A stretch of DNA of 64,000 bases, from contig OZ024740.1 of NCBI GenBank assembly GCA_964016885.1, positions 6,076,001 through 6,140,000 on the forward strand. Direction: 5' to 3'. Positions 16,801 through 33,954 of this stretch are shown in pieces. Below the pieces are notes generated by a model, which was given only the letters and a program-made list of their open reading frames with translations, was not told the origin of the DNA and made no database searches. The stretch comes from Eledone cirrhosa. Its lineage: Eukaryota. Every line of letters begins with the position of its first letter. Position 1 is the first letter of the stretch. The position numbers were made by a program, and so were the translations under genes.

Positions 16801-19800
16801 ACTGCACATAGCTCCACTACACATACCTCCACTGTACATACCTCTACTGTACATACCTCCACTGCACATACCTCCACTGTACATACCTCCACTGCACATA
16901 CCTCCACTGTACATACCTCCACTGCACATACCTCCACTGTACATAACTCCACTGTACATACCTCCACTGCACATACCTCCACTGTACATACCTCCACTGC
17001 ACATAGCTCCACTGCACATACCTCCACTGCACATACCTCCACTGTACATACCTCTACTGTACATACCTCCACTGTACATACCTCCACTGTACATACCTCC
17101 ACTGCACATACCTCCACTGTACATACCTCCACTGCACATACCTCCACTTCACATATCTCCACTTCACATACCTCCACTGTACATACCTCCACTGCAAATA
17201 CGTCCACTGTACATACCTCCACTGCACATAGCTCCACTGCACATACCTCCACTGTACATACCTCCACTGTACATACCTCCACTGTACATACCTCCACTGC
17301 ACATACCTCCACTGTACATACCTCCACTACACATAGATACCTGCACTCTACATACCTCTACTGTACATACCTCCACTGCACATACCTCCAGTGTATATAC
17401 CTCCACTGCACATACATACCGCCACTGCACATACGTCCACTGTACATACCTCCACTGCACATACCTCCACTGTACATATCTCCACTGCACATAGCTCCAC
17501 TGCACATACCTCCACTGTACATACCTCTACTCTACATACCTCCACTGCACATACCTACACTGTACATACCTCCACTGCACATACCTCCACTGTACATACC
17601 TCCACTGTATATACCTCCACTGCACATAACTCCATTGTACATAACTCCACTGTACATACCTCCACTGCACATACCTCCACTGTACATACCTCCACTGCAC
17701 ATAGCTCCACTGCACATACCTCCACTGCACATACCTCCACTGTACATACCTCTACTGTACATACCTCCACTGCACATACCTCCACTGTACATACCTCTAC
17801 TGGACATACCTCCACTGTACATACCTCCACTGCACATACCTCCACTGTACATACCTCCACTGCACATCCATACCTCCACTGCACATACCTCCACTGCACA
17901 CCTCCACTGTACATACCTCCACTGCACATACCTCCCCTGCACATACCTCCACTGTACATACCTCCAATGCACATACCTCCACAGCACATACCTCCACTGC
18001 ACATACATCCACTGTACATACCTCCACTGCACATACCTCCACTGAACATATCTTCACTGCACATACCTCCACTGCACATACCTCCACTTCACATATCTCC
18101 ACTTCACATACCTCCACTGTACATACCTCCACTGTACATACATCCACTGTACATTCTTCCACTCTACATACCTCCACTGCACATATACTCACTGTACATA
18201 CCTCCACTGTACATACCTCCACTGTACATACCTCCACTTCACATACCTCCACTGTACATACCTCCACTGTACATACATCCACTGTACATTCCTCCACTGT
18301 ACATACCTCCACTGCACATACCTCCACTGCACATACCTCCACTTCACATATCTCCACTATACATACCTCCACTGCACATACCTCCACTGTACATACCTCC
18401 ACTTCACATACCTCCACTGTACATACCTCCACTGTACATACATCCACTGTACATACCTCCACTGTACATTCCTCCACTGTATATACCTCCACTGTACATA
18501 CCTCCACTGTACATACCTCCACTGTACATACCTCCACTGTACATTCCTCCACTGTACATACCTCCACAGTACATACTTCTACTGCACATACCTCCACTGT
18601 ACATACCTCCACTGTACATACCTCCACTGCACATACCTCCACTGCACATACCTCCACTTCACATATCTCCACTATACATACCTCCACTGCACATACCTCC
18701 TCTGTACATAACTCCTCTGCACATACGTCCACTACACATACCTACACTGTACATACCTCCACTGTACATACCTCCACTGCACATCCATATCTCCACTGCA
18801 CATACCTCCACTGTAGATACCTCCACTGTACATATCTCCACTGTACATACCTCCACTGTACATACCTCAACTGCACATACCTCTATTGTACATACCTCCA
18901 CTGTACATACCTCCACTGCACATACCTCCACTGTACATACCTCCACTGCACATACCTCCACTGTAGATACCTCCACTGCACATAGCTCCACTGTACATAC
19001 CTCCACTATACATACCTCCACTGTACATACCTCCACTGCACATACCTCCACTGCACATACCTCCACTGTACATACCTCCACTGCCCATACCGCTACTGTA
19101 CATACCTCCACTGCACATACCTCCACTGCACATACCTCCACTGCACATACCTCCACTGTACATACCTCCATTACACATACCTCCACTGTACATACCTCCA
19201 CTGCACATACCTCCATTGCAGATACCTCCACTGTACATACCTCCATTGCAGATACCTCCACTGTACATACCTCGACTGAACATACCTCCACTGCACATAC
19301 CTCCCCTGCACATACCTCCACTGTACATACCTCCACTGCACTTATCTCCACTGTACATACCTCCACTGCACATACCTCCACTGCACATACCTCGACTGTA
19401 CATACCTCCACTGCACATACCTCCACTGCACATACCTCCACTGCACATACCTCCACTGTACATACCTCCATTACACATACCTCCACTGTACATACCTCCA
19501 CTGCACATACCTCCATTGCAGATACTTCCACTGTACATACCTCGACTGAACATACCTCCACTGCACATACCTCCCCTGCACATACCTCCACTGTACATAC
19601 CTCCACTGCACATATCTCCACTGTACATAACTCGATTGCACATACCTCCACTGCACATACCTCCACTGTACATACCTCCACTGCACATACCTCCACTGTA
19701 CATACCTCCACTGCACATACCTCCACTGTACATACCTTCACTGTACATACCTCCACTGTACATACCTCCACTGTACATACCTCCACTGTACATACCTCCA

Positions 19801-19903
19801 CTGTACATACCTCCACTGTACATACCTCCACTGCACATACCTCCACTGTACATACCTCCACTGCACATACCTCCACTGTACATACCTCCACTGCACATAC
19901 CTC
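10865..19903. repeat. 4508-bp tandem duplication inside the 15-bp array (10865-15395 matches 15373-19903)
   Basis: Identical ORF translations recur at a constant offset of 4508 (10902/15410, 11992/16500, 12050/16558, 13289/17797). The rare variant tacgtagc is at 11886 and 16394. The match ends at C15396 versus A19904. Confidence 0.93.
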
Positions 19904-22900
19904 AACTGTACATACCGCCACTGCACATACCTCCACTGCACATACATACCTCCACTGCACATACATCCACTGTACATACCTCCACTGCACATACCTCCAC
20001 TGTACATAGCTCCACTGTACCTACCTCCACTGCACATACCTCCACTGTACATACCTACCCTGCACATAGCTCCATTCTACATACCTCCACTGCACATATA
20101 CTCACTGTACATTCCTCCACTGTACATACCTCCACTGTACATACATCCACTGTACAATCCTCCACTGTACATACCTCCAATGCACATACCTCCACTGTAC
20201 ATACCTCCACTGTACATACATCCACTTTACATACCTCCACTGTACATTCCTCCACTGTATATACCTCCACTGCACATACGTCCACTGTACATACCTCCAC
20301 TGTACATACCTCCACTGTACATTCCTCCACTGTACATACCTCCACAGTACATACTTCTACTGCACATACCTCCAATGTACATACCTCCACTGTACATACC
20401 TCCACTGTACATACCTCCACTGCACATACCTCCACTGCACGTACCTCCCTTGTACATACCTCCAATGAACATACCTCCACTGTACATACCTCCACTGTAC
20501 ATACCTCCAATGTATATACCTCCACTGTACATACCTACATCGTATATACATACCACCACTGCACATATCTCTACTTTTACATACCTCCACTGTACATACC
20601 TCCACTGTACATACCTCGATTGTATATACATACCACCGCTGCACATATCTCTACTTTTACATACCTCCAATGTACATACCTCCCCTGTACATACCTCCAC
20701 TGTAGATACCTCCACTGTACATACCTCCACTGTAGATACCTCCACTGTCCATACCTCCACTGTACATACCTCCACTGTACATACCTCCACTGTACATACC
20801 TCCACTGAACATACCTCTAATGTACATACCTCCACTGTACATATCTCCACTGTACATACCTCCACTGTACATACCTCCACTGCACATACCTCCACTGCAC
20901 ATACCTCCATTGTACATACCTCCACTGCACATACCTCCGCTGTACATACCTCCACTGCACATACCTCCAATGTACATACCTCCACTGTACATACCTCCAC
21001 TGTAGATACCTCCACTGTCCATACCTCCTCTGTACATATCTCCACTGTACATATCTCCACTGTACATACCTCCACTGTACATACCTCCACTGCACATACC
21101 TCCACTGCACATACCTCCATTGTACATACCTCCACTGCACATACCTCCGCTGTACATACCTCCACTGCACATACCTCCAATGTACATACCTCCACTGTAC
21201 ATACCTCCACTGTAGATACCTCCACTGTACATACCTCCTCTGTACATACCTCCACTGTACATACCTCCACTTCACATACCTCCACTGCACATACCTCCAC
21301 TGTACATACCTCCACTGTACATATCTCCACAGCACATACCTCCACTGCACATACCTCCACTGTACATACCGCCACTGTACATACCTCCTCTGTACATACC
21401 TCCACTGTACATACCTCCACTGCACATACCTCCACTGCACATACCTCCACCGTACATACATCTACTGCACATACCTCCACTGCACATACCTCCACCGCAC
21501 ATACCTCCACAGCACATACCTCCATTGCACATACCTCCACTGTACATACCTCCACTGTACATACCTCCACTGCACATTCTTCCACGGTACATACCTACAT
21601 TGCACATACCTCCACTGTACATACCTCCACTGTACATATCTCCACTGCACATAACTCCACTGTACATACCTCCACTGTACATACCTCCACTGCACATACC
21701 TCCACGGTACATACCTCCATTGCACATACCTCCACTGTACATACCTCCACTGTAGATATCTCCACTGCACATACCCCCTTGCACATACCTACACTGTACA
21801 TACCTCCACTGTACATACCACCACTGCACATACCTCCACTGCACATATCTACACTGCACATACCTCCACTGTACATACCTCCACGGTACATACCTCCATT
21901 GCACATACCTACACTGAACATACCTCCACTGTACATACCACCACTGCACATACCTCCACTGCACATATCTACACTGTACATACCTCCACTGTACATACAA
22001 CCACTGCACATACCTCCACTGTACATACCTCCACTGTACATACCTCCCCTGCACATACCTCCACTGTACATACCTCCACTGTACATACCTCCATTGTACA
22101 TACCTCCACTGCAGATACCTCCAATGTACATACCTCCACTGTACATACCTCCACTGTACATACCTTCAATGTACATACCTCCACTTTACATACCTCCACT
22201 GCACATACCTCCAATGTACATAACTCTACTGTACATACCTCCCATGCACATACCTCCACTGTACATAACTCCACTGCACATACCTCCACTGTAATACCTC
22301 CACTGTACATAACTCCACTGTACATAGCTCCACGGTAAGTACCTCCACTACACATACCTCCACTGTACATACCTCCCCTGCACATACCTCCACTGTACAT
22401 ACCTCCATTGTACATACCTCCACTGCACATACCTCCACTGCACATACCTCCAATGTACATACCTCCACAGCACATCCATACCTCCACTGCACATACCTCC
22501 ACTGCACACATCCACTGTACATACCTCCACTGCACATACATCCACTGTACATACCTCCACTGCACATACCTCCACTGCACATATCTCCACTGTACATACC
22601 TCCACTGCACATACCTCCACTGCACATACCTCCACTGCACATACCTCCCCTGCAAATACCTCCACTGTACATATCTCCACTGCACATACCTCCACTGCAC
22701 ATACTTCCACTGCACATACCTCCACTGCACATAATCCACTGTACATACCTCCACTGTACATATCTCCACTGTACATACCTCCACTGTACATACCTCCACT
22801 GTACATACCTCCACTGTACATACCTCCACTGCACATACCTCCACTGTACATACCTCCACTGCACATACCTCCACTGTAGATACCTCCACTGCACATAGCT

Positions 22901-25900
22901 CCACTGTACATACCTCCTATATACATACCTCCACTGTACATACCTCCACTGCACATACCTCCACTGCACATACCTCCACTGTACATACCTCCACTGCCCA
23001 TACCTCTACCGTACATACCTCCACTGCACATACCACCACTGCACATACCTCCACTGTACATACCTCCACTGTACATACCTCCATTACACATACCTCCACT
23101 GCACATACCTCCACTGCATATACCTCCACTGTACATACCTCAACTGAACATACCTCCACTGCACATACCTCCCCTGCACATACCTCCACTGTACATACCT
23201 CCACTGCACATATCTCCACTGCACATACCTCCACTGCTCATACCTCCACTTCACATACCTCCACTGTACATACCTCCACTGCACATACCTCCACTGTACA
23301 TTCCTCCACTGCACATACCTCCACTGTACATACCTTCACTGCACATACATCCACTGTACATACCTCCCTTGTACATACCTCCACTGTACATACCTCCACT
23401 GTACATACCTCCACTGTACATACCTCCACTGCACATACCTCCAATGTACATACCTCCACTGCACATACCTCCAGTGCACATACCTCTACTGTTCATACCT
23501 CCAATGTACATACCTCCACTGCACATAGCTCCACTGCACATACATTCCTCCACTGCACATACATCCACTGTACATACCTCCACTGCACATCCATATCTCC
23601 ACTGCACATACCTCCACTGTAGATACCTCCACTGTACATATCTCCACTGTACATACCTCCACTGTACATACCCCCACTGCTCATACCTCTATTGTACATA
23701 CCACCACTGTACATACCTCCACTGCACATACCTCAACTTACATACCTCCACTGCACATACCTCCACTGTAGATGCCTCCACTGCACATAGCTCCACCGTA
23801 CATACCTCCACTACACATACCTCCACTGTACATACCTCCACTGCACATACCTCCACTGCACATACCTCCACTGCACATACCTCCACTGTACATACCTCCA
23901 CTGCCCATACTTCTACTGTACATACCTCCACTGCACATAACTCCACTGCACATACCTCCACTGTACATACCTCCACTGTACATACCTCCATTACACATAC
24001 CTCCACTGTACATACCTCCACTGCACATACCTCCATTGCAGATACCTCCACTGTACATACGTCCATTACACATACCTCGACTGAACATACCTCCACTGCA
24101 CATACCTCCCCTGCACATACCTCCACTGTACATACCTCCATTGCACATACCTCCACTGCACATACCTCCACTGTACATACCTTCACTGTACATACATCCA
24201 CTGTACATACCTCCACTGTACATACCTCCACTGTACATACCTCCACTGTACATACCTCCACTACACATACCTCCACTGCACATACTTCCACTGTACATAC
24301 CTCCACTGCGCATACCTCCACTGTACATACCTCCACTACACATACCTCAACTGTACATACCGCCACTGCACATACCTCCACTGCACATACATACCTCCAC
24401 TGCACATACATCCACTGTACATACCTCCATTGCACATACCTCCACTGCACATACCTCCACTGTACATACCTACACTGCACATATCTCCACTCTACATACC
24501 TCCACCGCACATATACTCACTGTACATACCTCCACTGTACATACCTCCACTGTACATACCTCCACTGTACATACCTCCATTTCACATACATCCACTGTAC
24601 ATTCCTCCACTGTACATACATCCACTGTACATTCCTCCACTGTACATACCTCCACTGCACATACCTCCACTACACATACCTCCACTGCACATACCTCCCA
24701 TGCACATACCTCCACTGAACATACCTCCACTGCACATACCTCCACTACACATACCTCCACTGCACATACCTCCCATGCACATACCTCCACTGTACATACC
24801 TCCACTGTACATACCTCCACTTCACATACATCCACTGTACATTCCTCCACTGTACATACCTGCACTGTACATACCTCCACTGTACATAACTCCACTTCAC
24901 ATACATCCACTGTACATTCCTCCACTGTACATACATCCACTGTACATTCCTCCACTGTACATACCTCCACTGCACATACCTCCACTACACATACCTCCAC
25001 TGCACATACCTCCCATGCACATACCTCCACCGTACATACCTCCACTGTACATAGCTCCACTGTACATACCTCCACTGTACATTCCTCCACTGTACATACC
25101 TCCACAGTACATACTTCTACTGCACATACCTCCACTGTACATACCTCCACTGTACATACCTCCACTGTACATACCTCCACTGTACATACCTCCACTGCAC
25201 ATACCTCCACTGCACATACCTCCAGTTTACATACCTCCACTTTACATACCTCCACTGCACATACCTCCACTGTACATAACACTACTGTACATACCTCTAT
25301 TGCACATACCTCCACGGTACATACCTCCACTGTACATACCGCCACTGCACATACATCCACTGTACACACCTCTACTGTACATACCTCCACTGTACATACC
25401 TCCACTGTACATACCTCCACTGTACATACCTCCACTGCACATACCTCCACTGTACATACCTCCACTACACATAGATACCTGCACTGTACATACCTCCACT
25501 GTACATAACTCCACTGCATATACCTCCAGTGTACCTACCTCCACTGCACATAGCTCCACTACACATACCTCCACTGTACATACCTCTACTGTACATACCT
25601 CCACTGCACATACCTCCACTGTACATACCTCCACTGCACATACCTCCACTGTACATACCTCCACTGCACATACCTCCACTGTACATAACTCCACTGTACA
25701 TACCTCCACTGCACATACCTCCACTGTACATACCTCCACTGCACATAGCTCCACTGCACATACCTCCACTGCACATACCTCCACTGTACATACCTCTACT
25801 GTACATACCTCCACTGTACATACCTCCACTGTACATACCTCCACTGCACATACCTCCACTGTACATACCTCCACTGCACATACCTCCACTTCACATATCT

Positions 25901-28900
25901 CCACTTCACATACCTCCACTGTACATACCTCCACTGCAAATACGTCCACTGTACATACCTCCACTGCACATAGCTCCACTGCACATACCTCCACTGTACA
26001 TACCTCCACTGTACATACCTCCACTGTACATACCTCCACTGCACATACCTCCACTGTACATACCTCCACTACACATAGATACCTGCACTCTACATACCTC
26101 TACTGTACATACCTCCACTGCACATACCTCCAGTGTATATACCTCCACTGCACATACATACCGCCACTGCACATACGTCCACTGTACATACCTCCACTGC
26201 ACATACCTCCACTGTACATATCTCCACTGCACATAGCTCCACTGCACATACCTCCACTGTACATACCTCTACTCTACATACCTCCACTGCACATACCTAC
26301 ACTGTACATACCTCCACTGCACATACCTCCACTGTACATACCTCCACTGTATATACCTCCACTGCACATAACTCCATTGTACATAACTCCACTGTACATA
26401 CCTCCACTGCACATACCTCCACTGTACATACCTCCACTGCACATAGCTCCACTGCACATACCTCCACTGCACATACCTCCACTGTACATACCTCTACTGT
26501 ACATACCTCCACTGCACATACCTCCACTGTACATACCTCTACTGGACATACCTCCACTGTACATACCTCCACTGCACATACCTCCACTGTACATACCTCC
26601 ACTGCACATCCATACCTCCACTGCACATACCTCCACTGCACACCTCCACTGTACATACCTCCACTGCACATACCTCCCCTGCACATACCTCCACTGTACA
26701 TACCTCCAATGCACATACCTCCACAGCACATACCTCCACTGCACATACATCCACTGTACATACCTCCACTGCACATACCTCCACTGAACATATCTTCACT
26801 GCACATACCTCCACTGCACATACCTCCACTTCACATATCTCCACTTCACATACCTCCACTGTACATACCTCCACTGTACATACATCCACTGTACATTCTT
26901 CCACTCTACATACCTCCACTGCACATATACTCACTGTACATACCTCCACTGTACATACCTCCACTGTACATACCTCCACTTCACATACCTCCACTGTACA
27001 TACCTCCACTGTACATACATCCACTGTACATTCCTCCACTGTACATACCTCCACTGCACATACCTCCACTGCACATACCTCCACTTCACATATCTCCACT
27101 ATACATACCTCCACTGCACATACCTCCACTGTACATACCTCCACTTCACATACCTCCACTGTACATACCTCCACTGTACATACATCCACTGTACATACCT
27201 CCACTGTACATTCCTCCACTGTATATACCTCCACTGTACATACCTCCACTGTACATACCTCCACTGTACATACCTCCACTGTACATTCCTCCACTGTACA
27301 TACCTCCACAGTACATACTTCTACTGCACATACCTCCACTGTACATACCTCCACTGTACATACCTCCACTGCACATACCTCCACTGCACATACCTCCACT
27401 TCACATATCTCCACTATACATACCTCCACTGCACATACCTCCTCTGTACATAACTCCTCTGCACATACGTCCACTACACATACCTACACTGTACATACCT
27501 CCACTGTACATACCTCCACTGCACATCCATATCTCCACTGCACATACCTCCACTGTAGATACCTCCACTGTACATATCTCCACTGTACATACCTCCACTG
27601 TACATACCTCAACTGCACATACCTCTATTGTACATACCTCCACTGTACATACCTCCACTGCACATACCTCCACTGTACATACCTCCACTGCACATACCTC
27701 CACTGTAGATACCTCCACTGCACATAGCTCCACTGTACATACCTCCACTATACATACCTCCACTGTACATACCTCCACTGCACATACCTCCACTGCACAT
27801 ACCTCCACTGTACATACCTCCACTGCCCATACCGCTACTGTACATACCTCCACTGCACATACCTCCACTGCACATACCTCCACTGCACATACCTCCACTG
27901 TACATACCTCCATTACACATACCTCCACTGTACATACCTCCACTGCACATACCTCCATTGCAGATACCTCCACTGTACATACCTCCATTGCAGATACCTC
28001 CACTGTACATACCTCGACTGAACATACCTCCACTGCACATACCTCCCCTGCACATACCTCCACTGTACATACCTCCACTGCACTTATCTCCACTGTACAT
28101 ACCTCCACTGCACATACCTCCACTGCACATACCTCGACTGTACATACCTCCACTGCACATACCTCCACTGCACATACCTCCACTGCACATACCTCCACTG
28201 TACATACCTCCATTACACATACCTCCACTGTACATACCTCCACTGCACATACCTCCATTGCAGATACTTCCACTGTACATACCTCGACTGAACATACCTC
28301 CACTGCACATACCTCCCCTGCACATACCTCCACTGTACATACCTCCACTGCACATATCTCCACTGTACATAACTCGATTGCACATACCTCCACTGCACAT
28401 ACCTCCACTGTACATACCTCCACTGCACATACCTCCACTGTACATACCTCCACTGCACATACCTCCACTGTACATACCTTCACTGTACATACCTCCACTG
28501 TACATACCTCCACTGTACATACCTCCACTGTACATACCTCCACTGTACATACCTCCACTGTACATACCTCCACTGCACATACCTCCACTGTACATACCTC
28601 CACTGCACATACCTCCACTGTACATACCTCCACTGCACATACCTCAACTGTACATACCGCCACTGCACATACCTCCACTGCACATACATACCTCCACTGC
28701 ACATACATCCACTGTACATACCTCCACTGCACATACCTCCACTGTACATAGCTCCACTGTACCTACCTCCACTGCACATACCTCCACTGTACATACCTAC
28801 CCTGCACATAGCTCCATTCTACATACCTCCACTGCACATATACTCACTGTACATTCCTCCACTGTACATACCTCCACTGTACATACATCCACTGTACAAT

Positions 28901-31900
28901 CCTCCACTGTACATACCTCCAATGCACATACCTCCACTGTACATACCTCCACTGTACATACATCCACTTTACATACCTCCACTGTACATTCCTCCACTGT
29001 ATATACCTCCACTGCACATACGTCCACTGTACATACCTCCACTGTACATACCTCCACTGTACATTCCTCCACTGTACATACCTCCACAGTACATACTTCT
29101 ACTGCACATACCTCCAATGTACATACCTCCACTGTACATACCTCCACTGTACATACCTCCACTGCACATACCTCCACTGCACGTACCTCCCTTGTACATA
29201 CCTCCAATGAACATACCTCCACTGTACATACCTCCACTGTACATACCTCCAATGTATATACCTCCACTGTACATACCTACATCGTATATACATACCACCA
29301 CTGCACATATCTCTACTTTTACATACCTCCACTGTACATACCTCCACTGTACATACCTCGATTGTATATACATACCACCGCTGCACATATCTCTACTTTT
29401 ACATACCTCCAATGTACATACCTCCCCTGTACATACCTCCACTGTAGATACCTCCACTGTACATACCTCCACTGTAGATACCTCCACTGTCCATACCTCC
29501 ACTGTACATACCTCCACTGTACATACCTCCACTGTACATACCTCCACTGAACATACCTCTAATGTACATACCTCCACTGTACATATCTCCACTGTACATA
29601 CCTCCACTGTACATACCTCCACTGCACATACCTCCACTGCACATACCTCCATTGTACATACCTCCACTGCACATACCTCCGCTGTACATACCTCCACTGC
29701 ACATACCTCCAATGTACATACCTCCACTGTACATACCTCCACTGTAGATACCTCCACTGTCCATACCTCCTCTGTACATATCTCCACTGTACATATCTCC
29801 ACTGTACATACCTCCACTGTACATACCTCCACTGCACATACCTCCACTGCACATACCTCCATTGTACATACCTCCACTGCACATACCTCCGCTGTACATA
29901 CCTCCACTGCACATACCTCCAATGTACATACCTCCACTGTACATACCTCCACTGTAGATACCTCCACTGTACATACCTCCTCTGTACATACCTCCACTGT
30001 ACATACCTCCACTTCACATACCTCCACTGCACATACCTCCACTGTACATACCTCCACTGTACATATCTCCACAGCACATACCTCCACTGCACATACCTCC
30101 ACTGTACATACCGCCACTGTACATACCTCCTCTGTACATACCTCCACTGTACATACCTCCACTGCACATACCTCCACTGCACATACCTCCACCGTACATA
30201 CATCTACTGCACATACCTCCACTGCACATACCTCCACCGCACATACCTCCACAGCACATACCTCCATTGCACATACCTCCACTGTACATACCTCCACTGT
30301 ACATACCTCCACTGCACATTCTTCCACGGTACATACCTACATTGCACATACCTCCACTGTACATACCTCCACTGTACATATCTCCACTGCACATAACTCC
30401 ACTGTACATACCTCCACTGTACATACCTCCACTGCACATACCTCCACGGTACATACCTCCATTGCACATACCTCCACTGTACATACCTCCACTGTAGATA
30501 TCTCCACTGCACATACCCCCTTGCACATACCTACACTGTACATACCTCCACTGTACATACCACCACTGCACATACCTCCACTGCACATATCTACACTGCA
30601 CATACCTCCACTGTACATACCTCCACGGTACATACCTCCATTGCACATACCTACACTGAACATACCTCCACTGTACATACCACCACTGCACATACCTCCA
30701 CTGCACATATCTACACTGTACATACCTCCACTGTACATACAACCACTGCACATACCTCCACTGTACATACCTCCACTGTACATACCTCCCCTGCACATAC
30801 CTCCACTGTACATACCTCCACTGTACATACCTCCATTGTACATACCTCCACTGCAGATACCTCCAATGTACATACCTCCACTGTACATACCTCCACTGTA
30901 CATACCTTCAATGTACATACCTCCACTTTACATACCTCCACTGCACATACCTCCAATGTACATAACTCTACTGTACATACCTCCCATGCACATACCTCCA
31001 CTGTACATACCTCCACTGCACATACCTCCACTGTAATACCTCCACTGTACATAACTCCACTGTACATAGCTCCACGGTAAGTACCTCCACTACACATACC
31101 TCCACTGTACATACCTCCCCTGCACATACCTCCACTGTACATACCTCCATTGTACATACCTCCACTGCACATACCTCCACTGCACATACCTCCAATGTAC
31201 ATACCTCCACAGCACATCCATACCTCCACTGCACATACCTCCACTGCACACATCCACTGTACATACCTCCACTGCACATACATCCACTGTACATACCTCC
31301 ACTGCACATACCTCCACTGCACATATCTCCACTGTACATACCTCCACTGCACATACCTCCACTGCACATACCTCCACTGCACATACCTCCCCTGCAAATA
31401 CCTCCACTGTACATATCTCCACTGCACATACCTCCACTGCACATACTTCCACTGCACATACCTCCACTGCACATAATCCACTGTACATACCTCCACTGTA
31501 CATATCTCCACTGTACATACCTCCACTGTACATACCTCCACTGTACATACCTCCACTGTACATACCTCCACTGCACATACCTCCACTGTACATACCTCCA
31601 CTGCACATACCTCCACTGTAGATACCTCCACTGCACATAGCTCCACTGTACATACCTCCTATATACATACCTCCACTGTACATACCTCCACTGCACATAC
31701 CTCCACTGCACATACCTCCACTGTACATACCTCCACTGCCCATACCTCTACCGTACATACCTCCACTGCACATACCACCACTGCACATACCTCCACTGTA
31801 CATACCTCCACTGTACATACCTCCATTACACATACCTCCACTGCACATACCTCCACTGCATATACCTCCACTGTACATACCTCAACTGAACATACCTCCA

Positions 31901-33954
31901 CTGCACATACCTCCCCTGCACATACCTCCACTGTACATACCTCCACTGCACATATCTCCACTGCACATACCTCCACTGCTCATACCTCCACTTCACATAC
32001 CTCCACTGTACATACCTCCACTGCACATACCTCCACTGTACATTCCTCCACTGCACATACCTCCACTGTACATACCTTCACTGCACATACATCCACTGTA
32101 CATACCTCCCTTGTACATACCTCCACTGTACATACCTCCACTGTACATACCTCCACTGTACATACCTCCACTGCACATACCTCCAATGTACATACCTCCA
32201 CTGCACATACCTCCAGTGCACATACCTCTACTGTTCATACCTCCAATGTACATACCTCCACTGCACATAGCTCCACTGCACATACATTCCTCCACTGCAC
32301 ATACATCCACTGTACATACCTCCACTGCACATCCATATCTCCACTGCACATACCTCCACTGTAGATACCTCCACTGTACATATCTCCACTGTACATACCT
32401 CCACTGTACATACCCCCACTGCTCATACCTCTATTGTACATACCACCACTGTACATACCTCCACTGCACATACCTCAACTTACATACCTCCACTGCACAT
32501 ACCTCCACTGTAGATGCCTCCACTGCACATAGCTCCACCGTACATACCTCCACTACACATACCTCCACTGTACATACCTCCACTGCACATACCTCCACTG
32601 CACATACCTCCACTGCACATACCTCCACTGTACATACCTCCACTGCCCATACTTCTACTGTACATACCTCCACTGCACATAACTCCACTGCACATACCTC
32701 CACTGTACATACCTCCACTGTACATACCTCCATTACACATACCTCCACTGTACATACCTCCACTGCACATACCTCCATTGCAGATACCTCCACTGTACAT
32801 ACGTCCATTACACATACCTCGACTGAACATACCTCCACTGCACATACCTCCCCTGCACATACCTCCACTGTACATACCTCCATTGCACATACCTCCACTG
32901 CACATACCTCCACTGTACATACCTTCACTGTACATACATCCACTGTACATACCTCCACTGTACATACCTCCACTGTACATACCTCCACTGTACATACCTC
33001 CACTACACATACCTCCACTGCACATACTTCCACTGTACATACCTCCACTGCGCATACCTCCACTGTACATACCTCCACTACACATACCTCAACTGTACAT
33101 ACCGCCACTGCACATACCTCCACTGCACATACATACCTCCACTGCACATACATCCACTGTACATACCTCCATTGCACATACCTCCACTGCACATACCTCC
33201 ACTGTACATACCTACACTGCACATATCTCCACTCTACATACCTCCACCGCACATATACTCACTGTACATACCTCCACTGTACATACCTCCACTGTACATA
33301 CCTCCACTGTACATACCTCCATTTCACATACATCCACTGTACATTCCTCCACTGTACATACATCCACTGTACATTCCTCCACTGTACATACCTCCACTGC
33401 ACATACCTCCACTACACATACCTCCACTGCACATACCTCCCATGCACATACCTCCACTGAACATACCTCCACTGCACATACCTCCACTACACATACCTCC
33501 ACTGCACATACCTCCCATGCACATACCTCCACTGTACATACCTCCACTGTACATACCTCCACTTCACATACATCCACTGTACATTCCTCCACTGTACATA
33601 CCTGCACTGTACATACCTCCACTGTACATAACTCCACTTCACATACATCCACTGTACATTCCTCCACTGTACATACATCCACTGTACATTCCTCCACTGT
33701 ACATACCTCCACTGCACATACCTCCACTACACATACCTCCACTGCACATACCTCCCATGCACATACCTCCACCGTACATACCTCCACTGTACATAGCTCC
33801 ACTGTACATACCTCCACTGTACATTCCTCCACTGTACATACCTCCACAGTACATACTTCTACTGCACATACCTCCACTGTACATACCTCCACTGTACATA
33901 CCTCCACTGTACATACCTCCACTGTACATACCTCCACTGCACATACCTCCACTG
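16444..33954. repeat. 8742-bp near-perfect tandem duplication inside the 15-bp array (16444-25212 matches 25186-33954)
   Basis: ORF translations recur at a constant offset of 8742 (16500/25242, 17391/26133, 20180/28922, 23369/32111). The marker cagtttac is at 16481 and 25223. Boundaries are set by mismatches at 16443/25185 and 25213/33955. I saw one internal difference (A22268 vs C31010). Confidence 0.95.
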
